Origin: a virus | Direction: 5' to 3' (one strand) | DNA: 64,000 bases | Virus record (IMG/VR): IMGVR_UViG_3300021962_000031 | Shown: positions 54,177 through 63,694 of the stretch, piece by piece | Layout: every line of letters starts with the position of its first letter | Numbering within the stretch: the first letter of the stretch is position 1 | The notes under the pieces: generated by a model | The model's input: only the letters and a program-made list of their open reading frames with translations | The model's database searches: none | What the model was told of the DNA's origin: nothing | Position numbers and translations under genes: made by a program

Positions 54177-55826
54177 TTAAGAACCGCAAGTTCCGCCCTT
54201 GCCGCCAATCACGCAAACATCATGTTCCAGGTATTCCACTCCTTGCTGCTTGGCAGCTTCGTCGTAGTCTACCGAGACCAGGGGCTGGCCACCGCGGGCG
54301 CCATCTGGGTAAACCGTGAAGCCACGCAAACGGGGGGCGTACTTGGACAGGGTTGCGGCGAAGTCCTCGATCTTGTCCTCGTTGTTCAACTCCGATCCCC
54401 AGCTGGGCATGTTGATCGTCGACGAGATGGACTGGTCAACATAGTCTTGGGTGTCAGCCTGGAATTTGAGGCGGCGCTCATAATCCCGAGCCAGGTCGAT
54501 GGCCGACTCAATCTTGTGGGGGTCCACGCCATAACGCTCGATCAGGTCCTTGGCGGCGCTGTCCACGACATATTGATAGTGCCACTGGGTACCGTTCTTG
54601 AGGTAGCGTCGTTTGTAAGCCACGGCAAAGACCGGTTCGATGCCGGTGGTCGTGCCAGCCAGAATACCGATGGAGCCGGTGGGGGCAATCGCCCGCTTGG
54701 CCACGGGTTCGCTGATGCCCAGCTTGGCCGAGAACGAACGGGAAACGGCATCAGACTCGTCCCGGTAGATCGCCAGCCACTTGTGGAGGTCATCGGTGAC
54801 TTCGTAGCGACTGCCCCGCTGGACGAGCCATTCGTGCATACCCATGAGGCCAAGGCCAAGTCGGCGATTCTTCTCGCGAATTTTGTAAACCTTGTCGTAG
54901 GGCAGATGCGCCACCATGGTGCCACAGATCAGGAACTTGGTCGCTAGTTCAACAATTTGACGGAACTCTTCGGGGGTCTCAATACGAGACATATTGAGAC
55001 TGCCCAGATTGCACACATCGGAGTCGTCCTCCGAGGTTACTTCCGTGCAGGCATTGCGCAGAGTCTCGTTCTGCTTGTCGCCGAAGTTGAAAGACCACCC
55101 AGGCTCTCCGGTCTCCATCGCCTGACGGCAGTTGATCAAGAAGACTTCATTCTTGTGGCGGTCGGGTAGGTTCAGCCAAGCATCATCGTAGTTGGCCGAG
55201 ATGTTGGTCATGTCCAACGGGGCGGGATAGTTAAAATCGGCAACCTTGCAGTCCCACACCGTCTTGTCGGTTCCTGGCACCTTCATGGAGTGCCAATCCT
55301 TGGCGTATAAAAAGGTCTTGATGTCCTGATGCTGCCAGTTGAGGCTGGCGTAGATCGCCGACCGCCGAGAGCCACCCTGCATGACCTCGCGACCTATCTC
55401 GTTAATCATCCTCATCTTAGAGACAGGGCCAGAGGCCTCCCCACCCGTCCGCTTCAGAGGCGTGCCTTTGGGGCGGTAAATGGAGTAATCGACGCCGATG
55501 CCACCACCAGTCGCCAGACAGGACTCGGCTTTCCACGACAGCATGGCCCAGTCTTCACGCGTATCAGATTCTGCTCTCAACAGATAGCAATTGTTAAATG
55601 CTTTAATGGGTCTGCCAGCATAATATATATAGCGACCACCGGGCAGGAATTTCATCTCGGCAATGGCCTGAGTCAGGGTCGCTTTTTCGTCGGGGGTCAT
55701 CCATTCCCGACAAACATCTTCAACCAGCACTTTAGCCAGTTTTTCCCAGGTTTCGCACCCCTCATGCCGGTACTTATAGTTAAAGATATCTTCTGAAAAC
55801 TTATTGCGAAAAACGCTAACAGACAT
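54177..55826 (-). CDS. nrdJ: Ribonucleotide reductase, probably class II (B12-dependent)
   Basis: FLPGGR, NNCY, GGGIG, RRSA, NACTE, CNLGS, APTGSIG, C-terminal Cys pair; compact, with no nrdB nearby. Confidence 0.85.
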   Translation of the reverse strand: MSVSVFRNKFSEDIFNYKYRHEGCETWEKLAKVLVEDVCREWMTPDEKATLTQAIAEMKFLPGGRYIYYAGRPIKAFNNCYLLRAESDTREDWAMLSWKAESCLATGGGIGVDYSIYRPKGTPLKRTGGEASGPVSKMRMINEIGREVMQGGSRRSAIYASLNWQHQDIKTFLYAKDWHSMKVPGTDKTVWDCKVADFNYPAPLDMTNISANYDDAWLNLPDRHKNEVFLINCRQAMETGEPGWSFNFGDKQNETLRNACTEVTSEDDSDVCNLGSLNMSRIETPEEFRQIVELATKFLICGTMVAHLPYDKVYKIREKNRRLGLGLMGMHEWLVQRGSRYEVTDDLHKWLAIYRDESDAVSRSFSAKLGISEPVAKRAIAPTGSIGILAGTTTGIEPVFAVAYKRRYLKNGTQWHYQYVVDSAAKDLIERYGVDPHKIESAIDLARDYERRLKFQADTQDYVDQSISSTINMPSWGSELNNEDKIEDFAATLSKYAPRLRGFTVYPDGARGGQPLVSVDYDEAAKQQGVEYLEHDVCVIGGKGGTCGS

Positions 55827-55968
55827 GACAAAAACCTCCAAGAAACCGACGCCGGATCGGTCCTGAGTAAAACGCTAGTCAATGACGGCAAGGGAAAATT
55901 ACACCGACACCCCATGTTGGGACTGGTGAAATAATAGGGATGAAAAACCCTATTTTCTAACCGATTTT

Positions 55969-58900
55969 TTATCCGTGAAAAGCATTACCACAACCAGAAT
56001 TGTTGCAGTCATTGAGACTGGCGTAAGTCCCGCCCGGTCCATTTACTTCCTGACAATCGTAAATGGGATCAAAGCCAGCCATGCCGATTATTGCGCAGTT
56101 GTAAGTTTTAACTGCCGGAGTTCCTGTCGTACCTGGAGAAGTAGTTTCAGGAGTAGAAGTCGTGGCTGGGGGAGTTGTATTTGGGTTGGTTGTTGTGGTG
56201 GTTGTTGGCGCAATAGTCGTTGTGGTGGTAACCGGTTCTGGAGCCGGAGTCGTGGTTGTTGTGGTAGTAGTCGTCGTAGTTGTGGTAGTAGTCGTGGTGG
56301 TCGTAGTTGTGGTAGTAGTGGAAGTAGTCGTACTAGTAGTGGTTGTTGTCGGCTCAGCTGTCGTGGTAGTCGTAGTCGGCGCAGCCGTCGTAGTGGTCTG
56401 TCCACAGACTTCATCGCACGCATACATATTTTCATATGGACCAGAAATAATATTAAAATTTGATTCTGGAGGTGGCATTGAATTAAATGTCTGACATGTA
56501 TAAAAAGCACCCGAGGGGCCGGAGTAATAAGCGCAATACCAACCAGCCACAAACGGTTCAGCTGTTGTAGTAGTTGTGGTCGGCGCAGCCGTAGTAGTGG
56601 TCGTGGTTGTGGTTGTTGTCGGCGCAGCCGTCGTAGTTGTGGTGGTCGTGGTAGTAGTCGGTGGACAACCAGATTGCTGACATGCAATTTCATTAGGATA
56701 AGGACCCGACAATAAATCATAATAAGTGTTATTGTTATCAAACCTATCTCCAACTTCCGGTTGAGAGCTAAAATATAAGCATCCAAAACCAGAACCAACG
56801 ATACGTCCATACATAGAATAACAATAATGACCAGCCACAAATGGCGCAGCCGTCGTGGTTGTTGTCGTTGTCGTAGTCGTGGACACACAAGCCGCATTGC
56901 ACGCCGACAGCGAGGCGTAGGGGCCTGCATAACTCACCAGCGGATTTGCCGCAGGCCGACTGGCAATATAACTGCAACTCTTTGTGTTCTGGTAAGTGTC
57001 ATCTACGCAGTAGTAGCCAGCCACCCAAGGCTGTGCCGTGGTCGTGGGAGGGGGCGTGGTGTCATCAGGAGGATTTCCTCCCTTGCAGGTAGAACTATAA
57101 ATAATGGCTTGTCGTTCTGGATCATTGGCATCGTTTAGTGTGTGCAGGACGCCAGTAAAGGTTTCCATATGGCGCGTGGACGGATTGCTTCCACCCATCG
57201 CAAAAACAAGCTCTTGTGTCTGGGACTTGCTGGAATCGTAATAGTAATATTGGTCACCATAGTAAGTTGTGATCTCTCCAACACCCAGCTCATTCCCTCC
57301 AGAATGAGCCGTGGTGACTACGCCTTCAAGAAGACGCATGGCAAATTTGCTGTTGATTAAATGCTTTAGATTAAGATTGTAGGTCGCAGCCACATTAGCA
57401 TTGATTCCGCCGAATTTCCATCTGTTTGGCATGAACCAATTCTGTTCGTCGGCGCTCAACTCGTAATGGACTTCTGGAGTTTGGAGCTTGAGATGGATTG
57501 TCTTGGCAGAATCTACCGTGTTGGTGAATTTGAACACAATAATCTCACCAGCCGAGCAAGATAGCCTTTTTTGTTGCGAGTCAAAAAGATTTGTGTAAGT
57601 TACGCTCGGACTTCCAGAGGCATTCCAGTTCCGATAAATATCCAGGCGAATTCCACCGGTCTGGTATCCTCCCGCATTCAAATAATAATTAGCAGCATAT
57701 TGAGAACGGAATCGGAAATACTTGATTTCATTTGCGCCAATCAGATTATAAAGGATCGTATAGTTAGTCGGGTAAACAACCGGTTCGATAGCTGTGTCTG
57801 CCTCGTATTGATAAGCAGCCAAAGCCGAATCACCACCATCATCTCTATGTACCGACCAGACCGTCTTGGTGTCGTTGGTTGAAGTCAATACTTCCAGAGA
57901 CCAACTATCAATATTGACAACAAATGCCCCGCCCGTAGTGTTAGCGATCAGCCCCAAGGTCCATTCACCGTTGGGCGAATCGTTGAAAAGATCGGTCAAA
58001 TTAGTTCCGTAGGGACTAGCTGAATCATCCCAATAATTTTGAGACTGGTTGTTATTGGGGTTGGGTCGGAAAGAACCAGAGGCGCCAAAAGTTAGAACAG
58101 GGTCGGCACTGTTGTTGGTTATCGTGTAATTCTGACCAACACCATCAACAGGAACAGATAGTTGGCCAGCAATCAGCACATCCTTACCGGCTGGAGACCG
58201 AAGGATCAACACAGTATTGCTGGTGGTAGCCGTGGCGGCAAGATTGTACAGTCTGAGGGTCAACCCCGAAATAACTCCGGCCATTCCAGAGAAAGTCAGT
58301 TTGCCGCGCCGCAAAGCACTTCCTGTCGATTGAGGAGGTCCGAAATAATAAGTAACATTGTCAATAGTGGTTTCACTTAACAGCATCTGAACTTCTGGAA
58401 CTTCAGATGGCCAGGCTGGCGGTGGTGGCAGGGTCGCCGGGTCCATATTCAATCGCACATACATGTTGGGCTGGGCACATTCCGTGCAAGTGCCATTGTA
58501 AATAAAAGCAGCATTTTCCCCCTCAAACGGGTGAATGGCACAATCATAGCTAAACGGAACATTGTCATTTAGTGTCACAGTAAGAGTCACATCCCCACCA
58601 TAAAAACCATCAGCGACATTGCCGCTGGCGCCGTTTGTTGTCGCTTTGACCAGCCGACTAAAACCCTGACTATCAAAAACTCGGAATGGGTGGGCTGATG
58701 TATTTTGAAGGTGAAACTTATAAGTTTTGTTGGCTACCCATTTTGGGTTCTCGGGAGTGATCTCAAACCAATTCGTGTTATTGCTACTAAATTCAAATCG
58801 ATAGGAGCCATTATTGGCGTCCACGGCACGCACATAGGTTTCTTCGGGCAAGCAATTTCCTGCGACAACAGGAGAAACAGTCGTGGTCGTTGTCGTGGTC

Positions 58901-60006
58901 GGGCTAGCAGTAGTGGTCGTTGTTGTCGTACCAATAATGGGCGTGGCAGTTGTCGTGGTTGTCGTGGTGGTTGATGTGGTCGTGCTGGTTGTAGTCGTGG
59001 TGGTGGTTGTGGTCGTGGTTGTGCAACATGCCCCTAGTACGCGGTAGCCAGCCGCCACGGCATCGTACACAAGGGTGACACCCCCCAAGGGGTAGACCGG
59101 ATAATCGTCGAGATCAAGAACAAGCAGCTTGCTTCCGGCAGGAGTCAAGCCTGAATTGTGCTTGAGGTAGAAGGTATCGGTCTCGCTGACATTCAGCACA
59201 TAGACGGTCTCACCGTCGGCGATCTTCTCAACTCCATTGATCTCAAAGCCATTGATGGGCGGGTCAACCCTAACGATGGTTTTTCCGTATCTCATCAACT
59301 CATTAGTGCTGAGACCAGACAGGGCGGGGGTGTGACTAGACAAGGCCACCGCCGAGTTGGCCAGCATTTGGTAGCTGCCGACATGTCGCCATGCAGTAGA
59401 ATGTTCGCTCACCAAAACGCCGTCTACGCGGACAAGGCTATATCCTACCGGCCTGCCCGCATCTCTATCCCAGACGACCTTTTGGAGGGCAACTGAATTG
59501 GTGTTGTCTCGATAAGCAAATACATCAACACACTTACCAGCAGCTTCTGTTGCAGAGACCGAAGGTGTTGGGTCGATAGTGAATTTGCGCCAGCGATTTT
59601 CTGTGGTGTCCCAGAGTGCAATGTTATCTCCTTGCAATGGGGCCAGGTAAACTGTCCCGGAACCCGCCACCTCTGTGTCGGTCGCCGAGAAAGATAAGGC
59701 GGCGTTAGCCACTCCGTTGTTGTCGAGGGTATCCAGCAAGCCGTCTCTGGTTACCGTGTGGGCAATGGGATCGCCGGAATAATGAAGGACGGCAGATGTA
59801 CCCTCCCGACCGCGCAGCACCGTCAGGGTGTTCGTTTCCGCATCGACAGCGGTTACCCGCATAACTTCTTGGCCGCAGGTAACCTCAAATGGGGCAGGGG
59901 GAAATTTCAAGATGTTAACAACTGTAATTTCAGTGTCGGTCGAACTAATCGGCCCAGCAAGGAAGGTGACGGCTTGATTGGAAAAGCGGTGTAGTTGCCC
60001 GGCCAT
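55969..60006 (-). CDS. Modular fibre/adhesin-like protein with mucin-like poly-Thr linkers (1345 aa)
   Basis: Virion-anchor-like N-terminus, long Thr tracts, cupredoxin-like and P-domain-like modules, four Cys-rich repeats. Confidence 0.7.
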   Translation of the reverse strand: MAGQLHRFSNQAVTFLAGPISSTDTEITVVNILKFPPAPFEVTCGQEVMRVTAVDAETNTLTVLRGREGTSAVLHYSGDPIAHTVTRDGLLDTLDNNGVANAALSFSATDTEVAGSGTVYLAPLQGDNIALWDTTENRWRKFTIDPTPSVSATEAAGKCVDVFAYRDNTNSVALQKVVWDRDAGRPVGYSLVRVDGVLVSEHSTAWRHVGSYQMLANSAVALSSHTPALSGLSTNELMRYGKTIVRVDPPINGFEINGVEKIADGETVYVLNVSETDTFYLKHNSGLTPAGSKLLVLDLDDYPVYPLGGVTLVYDAVAAGYRVLGACCTTTTTTTTTTTTSTTTSTTTTTTTTATPIIGTTTTTTTASPTTTTTTTVSPVVAGNCLPEETYVRAVDANNGSYRFEFSSNNTNWFEITPENPKWVANKTYKFHLQNTSAHPFRVFDSQGFSRLVKATTNGASGNVADGFYGGDVTLTVTLNDNVPFSYDCAIHPFEGENAAFIYNGTCTECAQPNMYVRLNMDPATLPPPPAWPSEVPEVQMLLSETTIDNVTYYFGPPQSTGSALRRGKLTFSGMAGVISGLTLRLYNLAATATTSNTVLILRSPAGKDVLIAGQLSVPVDGVGQNYTITNNSADPVLTFGASGSFRPNPNNNQSQNYWDDSASPYGTNLTDLFNDSPNGEWTLGLIANTTGGAFVVNIDSWSLEVLTSTNDTKTVWSVHRDDGGDSALAAYQYEADTAIEPVVYPTNYTILYNLIGANEIKYFRFRSQYAANYYLNAGGYQTGGIRLDIYRNWNASGSPSVTYTNLFDSQQKRLSCSAGEIIVFKFTNTVDSAKTIHLKLQTPEVHYELSADEQNWFMPNRWKFGGINANVAATYNLNLKHLINSKFAMRLLEGVVTTAHSGGNELGVGEITTYYGDQYYYYDSSKSQTQELVFAMGGSNPSTRHMETFTGVLHTLNDANDPERQAIIYSSTCKGGNPPDDTTPPPTTTAQPWVAGYYCVDDTYQNTKSCSYIASRPAANPLVSYAGPYASLSACNAACVSTTTTTTTTTTAAPFVAGHYCYSMYGRIVGSGFGCLYFSSQPEVGDRFDNNNTYYDLLSGPYPNEIACQQSGCPPTTTTTTTTTTAAPTTTTTTTTTTAAPTTTTTTAEPFVAGWYCAYYSGPSGAFYTCQTFNSMPPPESNFNIISGPYENMYACDEVCGQTTTTAAPTTTTTTAEPTTTTTSTTTSTTTTTTTTTTTTTTTTTTTTTTTTPAPEPVTTTTTIAPTTTTTTNPNTTPPATTSTPETTSPGTTGTPAVKTYNCAIIGMAGFDPIYDCQEVNGPGGTYASLNDCNNSGCGNAFHG
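56130..57062 (-). repeat. Poly-Thr tracts alternating with Cys-rich repeats
   Basis: ACN codon runs; recurring (W/F)VAGxYC...GPY...AC...C units. Confidence 0.9.
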
Positions 60007-60007
60007 T

Positions 60008-61093
60008 TTAGTTGCCCTGGTAAAGAATTAGATCAGCTTGCCCGTCGGCGTAAGCCAGTAAATTGCCCAGCCCGTCCTCCAATGCGTTCTGAACGAGGTC
60101 TGGATCGTTATTGCGTGGGGAGCGAACAAAACAATTGTTGACAATACGCCAGGCTCTGCTCACCACATCGTAAACGCACACGACCCCACCCCCAGGCGGC
60201 ACCGTCAGGTCGCCCTTGCTTGGGAGTAGGAACTTCTCGTTGGTCAACGCCGACGCAGAGGAGTGTTTCAGCAACACCGCTTGCGAAGATGAAATGTTGC
60301 TCAGGATAACCGTCTTGCCGTCACGGGCAGATTGCAGGCCATGAATGATCACGCCAGCCACGGTGGGGTTAAGGCGGACTACCTTAAAACCCTCATGTCG
60401 CACGGTGGGGTTGTTAGTAGCGGCCAAACTAACCCGGTAGGCTCCCGGGGTAAATAGACTGCCCTGTCGTTGGATTGTGCCAACATATCGTCTAGGGACA
60501 ATGTTGAAATTGTCTGTTCTTATTTTGACTCCGTCTTTCAAGGCCATGGAAGGTCGCGTAAGAGTCGGAGACCAGACTGCCATGAAAAACAAGGTTTCCT
60601 GCATGGATTCGTTCCAATGGGCGAACAAATCCGCACATTCCCCGTCATTCAAAATAGGTGGAAGAGTTTCGACCCCAACCGGGAAACGTCGCCATTCATT
60701 AGCCATCGGGTCGATCAGGAAGATTCCGTTGCCTTGGACAGGCTCGACCTTAATGGAGGTAGCCGGGACAGGACGGACAGAAGCATACCCCTTGTCATCG
60801 GAAAGGGTCAAAAGGGCTTTTTTGGTTAAGACTGGGATTACTGGGCGACCCTGGAGATGTTTAGTCGCCGCAGTAGATTCTTGGCCGCGTGAAACGGTCA
60901 GCAAAGCATCAGATAATTGCAGTCGAATTTGTATGGCTCGGACAGTCAGAATTTCCGAGTCAATAACGATGTCGAACGGGGTGTTTTGCGGAAAAGTTGC
61001 GGAATAATTAACGACCAGCTGAGTTGAGGCTGTATCGACCGTCTCTTTCAGAGTCGTTACAGCCCCACCAAACCGTCGAAAATTATCCGCCAT
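60008..61093 (-). CDS. Virion protein paralogous to the N-terminus of the 1345-aa fibre
   Basis: Shared motifs FP..PF...E...V, LTV.RG.E.T.A..H, P.QG..I.L.D...N.WR.F, LKH.S, GGV..VYD. Confidence 0.7.
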   Translation of the reverse strand: MADNFRRFGGAVTTLKETVDTASTQLVVNYSATFPQNTPFDIVIDSEILTVRAIQIRLQLSDALLTVSRGQESTAATKHLQGRPVIPVLTKKALLTLSDDKGYASVRPVPATSIKVEPVQGNGIFLIDPMANEWRRFPVGVETLPPILNDGECADLFAHWNESMQETLFFMAVWSPTLTRPSMALKDGVKIRTDNFNIVPRRYVGTIQRQGSLFTPGAYRVSLAATNNPTVRHEGFKVVRLNPTVAGVIIHGLQSARDGKTVILSNISSSQAVLLKHSSASALTNEKFLLPSKGDLTVPPGGGVVCVYDVVSRAWRIVNNCFVRSPRNNDPDLVQNALEDGLGNLLAYADGQADLILYQGN

Positions 61094-61436
61094 CGTCGAA
61101 CCGCCCCTCGGCAAAGGCTAATCGGAGGGCCTCGGTCGCCTGCTGCGCCTTTTCTTCGGAAAAACCGGCCCGGATCAACTTCTTATACACCTTGTGGTGG
61201 GCGTACATCCGGGTGACAGGGCCATTGCCGTGCGCTAGCCCTCGAAGGGCAGAACGGGCTTTTTTGCATTCCCAAAGCAATCGGAGTGCCTGAATTCCAA
61301 TGGAGATGATCATGAGAATCGTGAATGGGTCAAAACCCACCAGATTCTCTTCCAAATACCCTTGGAGGATTGGATATTGCCCGCTCACGGCAGGCTTAAT
61401 TACGGATTCGTCAGGATTGTGATTTTCTTCGGTCAT
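61083..61436 (-). CDS. Small membrane protein
   Basis: One hydrophobic segment, FDPFTILMIISIGIQAL. Confidence 0.55.
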   Translation of the reverse strand: MTEENHNPDESVIKPAVSGQYPILQGYLEENLVGFDPFTILMIISIGIQALRLLWECKKARSALRGLAHGNGPVTRMYAHHKVYKKLIRAGFSEEKAQQATEALRLAFAEGRFDDGG

Positions 61437-61632
61437 TTTTCATCCCCGTATAGGTTCTTCGCCACCAAACCTTGAGTTTGGAGTCCCAAAACCAAAGTTC
61501 AAGATTGGCTGGGTTCTGAGCAAGAGACGAACCCCAACCAGCTTGCCATTCAGATGACGGAACCAGATTGAAATCTTCTTTGGGCTGATCGGATTGACCG
61601 AGAAGCGCCATGCTCAAAAACAAATCTTTCAT
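61411..61632 (-). CDS. Small hypothetical protein
   Basis: ATGA coupling to the protease gene. Confidence 0.45.
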   Translation of the reverse strand: MKDLFLSMALLGQSDQPKEDFNLVPSSEWQAGWGSSLAQNPANLELWFWDSKLKVWWRRTYTGMKNDRRKSQS

Positions 61633-62564
61633 TTGCCGACCAAATCAAAGAGGTGCATGGGTATGTCCTGGCTGGGGAAGCCGTTGAACTGGCTGATCAG
61701 GAAGGTGTCTCCCTGGCCAATCATGCGCTCAATCGTCTTCCGCTTGACCTTCAGGGTGCCGCGGGGCATCTCCTCGCCCGTGCCGGGGTTCTTGACCACG
61801 CCGTGGACATCGCCCCAGGAATTGGCAATGTAGACATGTTCCTGGTCGAGCAGGCAATAATCGTAGATGCACATTTGATGCGCCCAAGACCCGCTGGGGT
61901 CGTGATAGCCATCGCCCCCCGGAGTCATCTCAAATCCTTGGTTGCTGGCGACTGTGCAAGAATAGCCATTAGCCAATCCCGCAACCAGATCGTCCCAGCT
62001 TTTCACCTTGGCCGCAGACTGTACGAGATACTTCTTGCCAACATCGATGAACTTGGTATCGGGACCTTTGGCTCCCCAACGACGAGCAATGTCCTTGCCA
62101 TAGGGTGGACAGTCATCCTTGTTGGCGAAGATGGAGCCAAATTTCATCACGCCTGCCGCAGCCCACGAACCGATGCTGCCATCACCACCCAGCCTGCCGC
62201 CGCCGATCTGCACGCGGCTGATTCCGTAGATATAGGGGGCGAAGACTGGATGAAACTCCTCGGCGTCCTTACGCATGAGGATGTCCACACAGGAGAGGTA
62301 CTCGATGGCGTGCTTCATCCCCCACGCGACACAGTCCCCAATCAGTTGGACGCTCAGCTTGCCACCGATGTCCCGTCCCAGAACCTTGCGGGCCACTTGG
62401 TAGTTCTGGGAGAACTTGGGGGGATCGGCCACCACATCGCCAACGATCTGGAAGTCGAGGAAGTTGTAGCTGTCCTTGATCAGGGTGAACTGTTCGGCAG
62501 CTACCTCTTCACCCAGCCAGCCCGACTCGTTGCCGTCAATGTAGCCCTTGATGATATCGTCCAT
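61629..62564 (-). CDS. Papain-like (C1-type) cysteine peptidase
   Basis: Q..GDCVAWG, WAHQMC, IANSWG catalytic motifs. Confidence 0.85.
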   Translation of the reverse strand: MDDIIKGYIDGNESGWLGEEVAAEQFTLIKDSYNFLDFQIVGDVVADPPKFSQNYQVARKVLGRDIGGKLSVQLIGDCVAWGMKHAIEYLSCVDILMRKDAEEFHPVFAPYIYGISRVQIGGGRLGGDGSIGSWAAAGVMKFGSIFANKDDCPPYGKDIARRWGAKGPDTKFIDVGKKYLVQSAAKVKSWDDLVAGLANGYSCTVASNQGFEMTPGGDGYHDPSGSWAHQMCIYDYCLLDQEHVYIANSWGDVHGVVKNPGTGEEMPRGTLKVKRKTIERMIGQGDTFLISQFNGFPSQDIPMHLFDLVGK

Positions 62565-62571
62565 TATGACC

Positions 62572-63387
62572 TCACTTAACGGCTTTCAGCCCAATGGCAA
62601 TCTCCCGCCAAGCGTCTGCGTAGTCCTCGGCGGTTGAGATTTTCTTAGACTTGTACATTTGATACAGAGACTTCTGCAATTCAGACCCAAACTCTTCTAA
62701 GGGGTTGGGATCGACATTGGCAGAGGCAAGGGCGGCGTTATTGGCTTGCTTGGTCGCCTCTAGGATTTGATCGCCAGTCTTGTAGGCGCCAGCAGCAACG
62801 GCACTCGCAATAGACTCAAAGGATTCAGCAAGGGCATTTGCAGCTTTAGCCCTAGGTTCTTTGACTTTGCCAACGAAGTGTTGATAGGTGATTTTGGCCA
62901 GTCCGAACCGCCCGTCCGGCAGCGTGGGGGTGGGGTTCGGAGCGGGACCCGGGCCTGGTGGGGTGGGTTGGGGATTTGGACCCGGGTTTGGTTCGGACTG
63001 GCCAATTTGTAGCTCAGCAGTTAAGAGTTGACTCCTAACTTGAGCATCTTTGATTTTGTCCCCTTCCTTATCAATATATAGATAAGAGACGGCCGCAATG
63101 ACAAGCATCTTTTTCGACTGAACACCAGCACCGAAGAAAATGCCGTCTCCTTGTTGCCGAACACGCTTTGGCGTATTGCCCTCAAAGACCTTCCAGTCCA
63201 CGCTGACAGAGGCAAGGTTTGGCGACCGATTCTCCATCGGAGAAAGAGCCAAATCAACCAATTCGCCCAGGGGTACGGGCTTCTCAGCCCCCACAATCGA
63301 CTGCTTGGGCAAAGGATATTTATCTTGACCAAAAGCAGTCAGGGCGGACAAAGCAAGGCAAGAGAGAGCAAAAAACGCGCTGCGCAC
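62572..63387 (-). CDS. Secreted protein with a Pro-rich linker
   Basis: Signal peptide MRSAFFALSCLALSALTAFG; PNPGPNPQPTPPGPGP linker. Confidence 0.7.
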   Translation of the reverse strand: MRSAFFALSCLALSALTAFGQDKYPLPKQSIVGAEKPVPLGELVDLALSPMENRSPNLASVSVDWKVFEGNTPKRVRQQGDGIFFGAGVQSKKMLVIAAVSYLYIDKEGDKIKDAQVRSQLLTAELQIGQSEPNPGPNPQPTPPGPGPAPNPTPTLPDGRFGLAKITYQHFVGKVKEPRAKAANALAESFESIASAVAAGAYKTGDQILEATKQANNAALASANVDPNPLEEFGSELQKSLYQMYKSKKISTAEDYADAWREIAIGLKAVK

Positions 63388-63395
63388 AAATCACC

Positions 63396-63653
63396 TCAAT
63401 TAACAGGGCCAATCTTGGTGGGGACAAACTGGGTTAAAGCCAAGTTGAGTTCAGCCAGGCTAGGCTCCTTGCCGTCTTCAAAGAGGTTAAGGATGTAGCA
63501 AGCGAATTCTGCAAACCAAGGTTGACCGGCCAGCTTGGTCAAAGCATCAATGGCTTTGTCATCGGTAGTGCCTGGCAGAATCTTCTTTAGCCAAGTTGCA
63601 GTTCCAACCACAATCTCGACATAACGCTTTACCTGATCAACATCAGTAGCCAT
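63396..63653 (-). CDS. Small hypothetical protein
   Basis: Likely start ATG 63653 after a ggag RBS. Confidence 0.55.
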   Translation of the reverse strand: MATDVDQVKRYVEIVVGTATWLKKILPGTTDDKAIDALTKLAGQPWFAEFACYILNLFEDGKEPSLAELNLALTQFVPTKIGPVN

Positions 63654-63694
63654 TTCTGTGTCTCCAAGAGGGTATTTCGCACGGATCACCCATA

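Noticed and set aside
56162-56494. Poly-Val ORF on the + strand
   Set aside because: Antisense shadow of the poly-Thr tract
56130-59030. CRISPR array or non-coding repeat
   Set aside because: The repeats are in-frame Thr codons with no constant repeat/spacer structure
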